A stretch of DNA of 64,000 nt from Candidatus Nitrospinota bacterium M3_3B_026 (GTDB lineage: Bacteria; Nitrospinota_A; UBA7883; JBPRGF01): contig JBPRGF010000003.1 of the NCBI GenBank assembly GCA_051418015.1, forward strand, positions 96,001 to 160,000, written 5' to 3'. Under the pieces are notes generated by a model, which was given only the letters and a program-made list of their open reading frames with translations, made no database searches and had not been told where the DNA came from. Position 1 is the stretch's first letter, and each line of letters opens with the position of its first letter. A program made the position numbers and the translations under genes. This document shows, piece after piece, positions 61,132 through 64,000 of this stretch.

Positions 61132-62217
61132 CTAGTAGCCGAACATCTTCTCGCGGATCCAGACCGACGTCCACGCCCCGAGCAGTATAAAAGTGATGGT
61201 GATGACCCCGCCGAGGCCGAAGACGGAGCAGCCGGTAAGCCCCTGGCCGATGTTGCAGCCTATGGAGATGATGGCGCCGTAGCCCATCAGGAGGCCCCCC
61301 ACGAGGTGGCTGAGGAAGGCGCTCTTGTTCGCCGGGACAACCCAGTGGAACGACCTTGTCACCATCGCGGCGATGAACGAGCCGAGCAGGACGCCGATCA
61401 CCGTCGCCACGCCGAAGCTGAGCTCCGAGCCGGTGGCGGTCTTTATGTAGTCGAAAAAGTCCGCGTTGGGCTTGGCGAAGGTGAGGCTGGTGGGGCGGAA
61501 GCTGTTGACCACCGTCGTGTCCATGGCCAGGAACTCGTCGGCCTGGATCATCGCCGCCGCTTTGCCGGTGGCGTACCACCCGGCGACGATCAGAAGCCCG
61601 ACGGCCAGCCCCGTGAGGGGCCATTTCCGCCCGATGAAGTCGTCCTTTTTCGCCGAGACGGTAAACCACACCGCAAGGAACAGGGCGAAAACGCCGATGA
61701 TGACCCAGGGGTTGACGCCGATGAGGTCCGGTATCCGCGAGGTCGGCAGGGCGACGGCCAGCTTCCTGTAGACATACTCGTTGGTGTAGGCCAGGTGCCC
61801 CGCGAGAGCCGACCCGGCGGTCAGGTTGAACGCGAAGACGCTGACCAGCGCCCCCAGGTGCCCCTCGCCGGTCCTGACAAGTATCCGGGAGGCGCATCCC
61901 CCGGCGAAGACTATGCCGATCCCGAAGATGTATCCCCCCACGATGAACCCGAGCCACGGGAAGTTCTTGGGAAGGTAGATGGAGTTTTCCGGGTGGACCA
62001 TGCCAAGGTCGGTCAGAAACTGCGTCCCGGCCAGGGCCACCAGCAGGGCCACCATGTACGCCTTGAACTGCAGGAAGGAGCCGAATATCTTTATGCTGGT
62101 GAAACAGTTGGACATGCAGAAGTTCGTCCTCTGGATCAGCGCGCCGAGCAACGCGCCGATCAGCAGGCCGCTCCACGTAAGGTAGGACTGCGCCTGCGGG
62201 ATGATGTCCCCTTCCAC
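61132..62217 (-). CDS. YeeE/YedE-family sulfur-compound (thiosulfate) transporter
   Basis: QRTNFC, GGYIFGIG...GGCAS and GGLLMGYGA...GCNIG motifs. Confidence 0.88.
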   Translation of the reverse strand: MEGDIIPQAQSYLTWSGLLIGALLGALIQRTNFCMSNCFTSIKIFGSFLQFKAYMVALLVALAGTQFLTDLGMVHPENSIYLPKNFPWLGFIVGGYIFGIGIVFAGGCASRILVRTGEGHLGALVSVFAFNLTAGSALAGHLAYTNEYVYRKLAVALPTSRIPDLIGVNPWVIIGVFALFLAVWFTVSAKKDDFIGRKWPLTGLAVGLLIVAGWYATGKAAAMIQADEFLAMDTTVVNSFRPTSLTFAKPNADFFDYIKTATGSELSFGVATVIGVLLGSFIAAMVTRSFHWVVPANKSAFLSHLVGGLLMGYGAIISIGCNIGQGLTGCSVFGLGGVITITFILLGAWTSVWIREKMFGY

Positions 62218-62422
62218 CTTCTTCCCCTTTGCTCCCAAGGCCCTCAGGCTTCACCCAGGGCGTGTTTTCATGGATTGAGAAAAGGCGCGTCCTCCCCGCC
62301 CCAGGGGAGGCGCGCGGCGCCGCTCTCGCGCGCCTTTTTAAGGATGATTTTCCGCCGGAATGGATTCACCCGAAAACAGCAAAAACAGCCCGGATCAAAA
62401 GGACAGGCCGCGCAGGCGGAGG

Positions 62423-63490
62423 TCAGGACTCCGCCTGCGCCATCCGGTTGTAGAAGGCGACCCCCTCCACGCTGACAGGCAGGCGGGTGAACTTTTTGCC
62501 CGCGGGCAGACAGGCGTTTATTTTCTCGAAAAGCGCCGGGCCTTTCAGGGCGCCCTCCTCCACGATGTCCTCCACGCCGGACTCGGTCCGTATGACCCAT
62601 CGCCCTCTTTCCACCTCGTCCAGCCGCGCGCCTGTATACCTGGCGATGGTTCTCGAGATGGAGCCCATCCCCGCGTCCTCGGCGACCCACACCAGCCCCT
62701 TCTGGAACTGGCGTCTTTTCTCTTTCGGCACCGGGTAGGCGCTGTATATCTTGTCCAGCCATTCCCGCAACTCGGCGGGGCTTGGCGCGGCGGCCGCCTC
62801 CCTCTCGCCGCCCTCGGCGGGCAGGGCGGCTATGGCGCTTGTCCTGTCCTCTCCAGCGGCGGCCTGCTGGAGTTTTTTGTAATTCTCGGCGAAAAACTCC
62901 GTGAACTCCTCCGGCGGTATGGGCCCGTCCTTCTCCGCCTCCCGCACCTCCAGCTTGTGCCTGCGGAAAAGCTGGTCGATCCTCAGGTGGGGATAGTTGA
63001 AAAGCGGCATCCCCCGGGGCCTGGGGGGGGCGTTCACCTCGCGGTTCGCGGAGCTGGAGGTTATCACCCTTCCGTCCGAGTAACGGGTTATGAGGCTCGT
63101 CCATGTTTCGCCGCCGGGGGCCAGGTAGACAACGCCCACGAGGGAGAACTCGGGATGAGTATAGGCGCGGATGGCGTATCCGGGCATCCTCTCGATCGTG
63201 AAATCGCCGACAAGGGACATCCCGTTCTGTTCGGCGAGGACCTGGTGTATATCGTCCATCTCCTCCCCGCCTTCGAGGGGGTTTTCCTCTTCGTCCGTTA
63301 TCGGCGCGAGGTCGATCTTCTCCGGCGGCGCGGGCGGCGCGGGGCGGCGGGGCGCTTTGCCCCTTTCCTCTTTCAGGACCTGCTCCTGGGCGCCTATGAG
63401 CGCCTGGACCAGCCTGTACACGATAAAAAACAACACTCCTAGGAGAATCAGCGCTCCCAGGGGGCTTACGGTGTTCATCTCTGCCATCAT
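62423..63490 (-). CDS. Hypothetical membrane-anchored protein
   Basis: Long ORF with typical codon bias; N-terminal TM helix and Pro-rich linker. Confidence 0.65.
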   Translation of the reverse strand: MMAEMNTVSPLGALILLGVLFFIVYRLVQALIGAQEQVLKEERGKAPRRPAPPAPPEKIDLAPITDEEENPLEGGEEMDDIHQVLAEQNGMSLVGDFTIERMPGYAIRAYTHPEFSLVGVVYLAPGGETWTSLITRYSDGRVITSSSANREVNAPPRPRGMPLFNYPHLRIDQLFRRHKLEVREAEKDGPIPPEEFTEFFAENYKKLQQAAAGEDRTSAIAALPAEGGEREAAAAPSPAELREWLDKIYSAYPVPKEKRRQFQKGLVWVAEDAGMGSISRTIARYTGARLDEVERGRWVIRTESGVEDIVEEGALKGPALFEKINACLPAGKKFTRLPVSVEGVAFYNRMAQAES

Positions 63491-63687
63491 ATCAAAAATA
63501 AAAAATCGGCGCCCCGCCATGTCAACCCGGACGGGGCCGCGGGCGCGTTCATAGGGGGTTCGCATGGCTGGCGGTGTTCGCTGTATTGTGGCCCTGAGCC
63601 TTCAGACGAAGGACCGTTCCGCTGGTTATGCAAAACTCTCACCGGCCAAGGAGGGGCGCCTGCTCCGCCGCCGGGGGGGGCGAAAAG

Positions 63688-64000
63688 TCAGCTGGCCTGT
63701 TTTTCGCCCTGCTTCTCGTAGAGGAGAAGGGGCCGTTCGCGTTTCAGTATCACGTCCTCGTTCACTATGCATTCGGTGACCTCCGGCTGGCCGGGAAGGT
63801 CGTACATGGATTCGAGCATGGTCTCCTCCATGATGGCCCGCAGGCCACGGGCACCCGTCTTGCGCCGGACGGCCTCGCGGGCTATCTCCGCCAGGGCGCC
63901 GTCGGTGAACTTCAGCTTGATCCTCTCCAGGTCCATGAACTTCTGGAACTGTTTGACCAGGGCGTTCTTCGGCTCCGTGAGGATCTTTATCATCGACTCC
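63688..64000 (-). CDS. clpX: ATP-dependent Clp protease ATPase ClpX, C-terminal part (truncated by window edge)
   Basis: ILTEPKNALVKQ, TGARGLRAI and MYDLP motifs. Confidence 0.95.
   Translation of the reverse strand, partial: ESMIKILTEPKNALVKQFQKFMDLERIKLKFTDGALAEIAREAVRRKTGARGLRAIMEETMLESMYDLPGQPEVTECIVNEDVILKRERPLLLYEKQGEKQAS

Noticed and set aside
63565..63680. Canonical 6S RNA or fluoride riboswitch call
   Set aside because: Only partial motif similarity; too short for 6S and lacking the fluoride aptamer core. Kept only as an unassigned structured-RNA candidate.

Overview
GC-rich bacterial chromosomal window that appears to include the replication origin. Gene content is consistent with a Nitrospinota/Desulfobacterota-like lineage, but this is inference only. 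From left to right: (1) a sulfur-relay operon (threonine-synthase-like PLP enzyme, MoaD/CysO-like carrier ending GGGA, MoeB without rhodanese, DsrE/F/H-like trio, CysM, TusA, tandem-NIL protein, Rrf2 regulator); (2) dnaA, a probable oriC and gyrB, with no dnaN, recF or gyrA alongside; (3) amidase-GerMN-murI-rph; (4) a heme-c diguanylate cyclase, an orphan FdnI-like cytochrome b behind a sigma54 promoter, Hsp20, FetAB and J-domain/cNMP proteins; (5) a riboswitch-controlled anaerobic cobalamin operon with a CobD-CbiP fusion and a start-less cbiH overlapping cbiG in the -1 frame; (6) engB, DUF1015 and a FimV/LysM/SPOR protein; (7) a PyrR-attenuated pyrimidine operon whose carA-carB junction holds a small accessory island (DUF4258/YgiT toxin-antitoxin pair bounded by a duplicated carA 3' end, a DUF559 nuclease bracketed by REP-like doublets, and Mrr); (8) DegQ, lipase, rubrerythrin, methyltransferase, NSS transporter plus small subunit, YeeE and partial clpX. 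The strongest candidates for something new are the DUF559/REP-like element system, the DsrEFH/TusA-coupled thiocarboxylate sulfur pathway and the cbiG/cbiH recoding site. All calls come from reading motifs by eye; no database searches were run.
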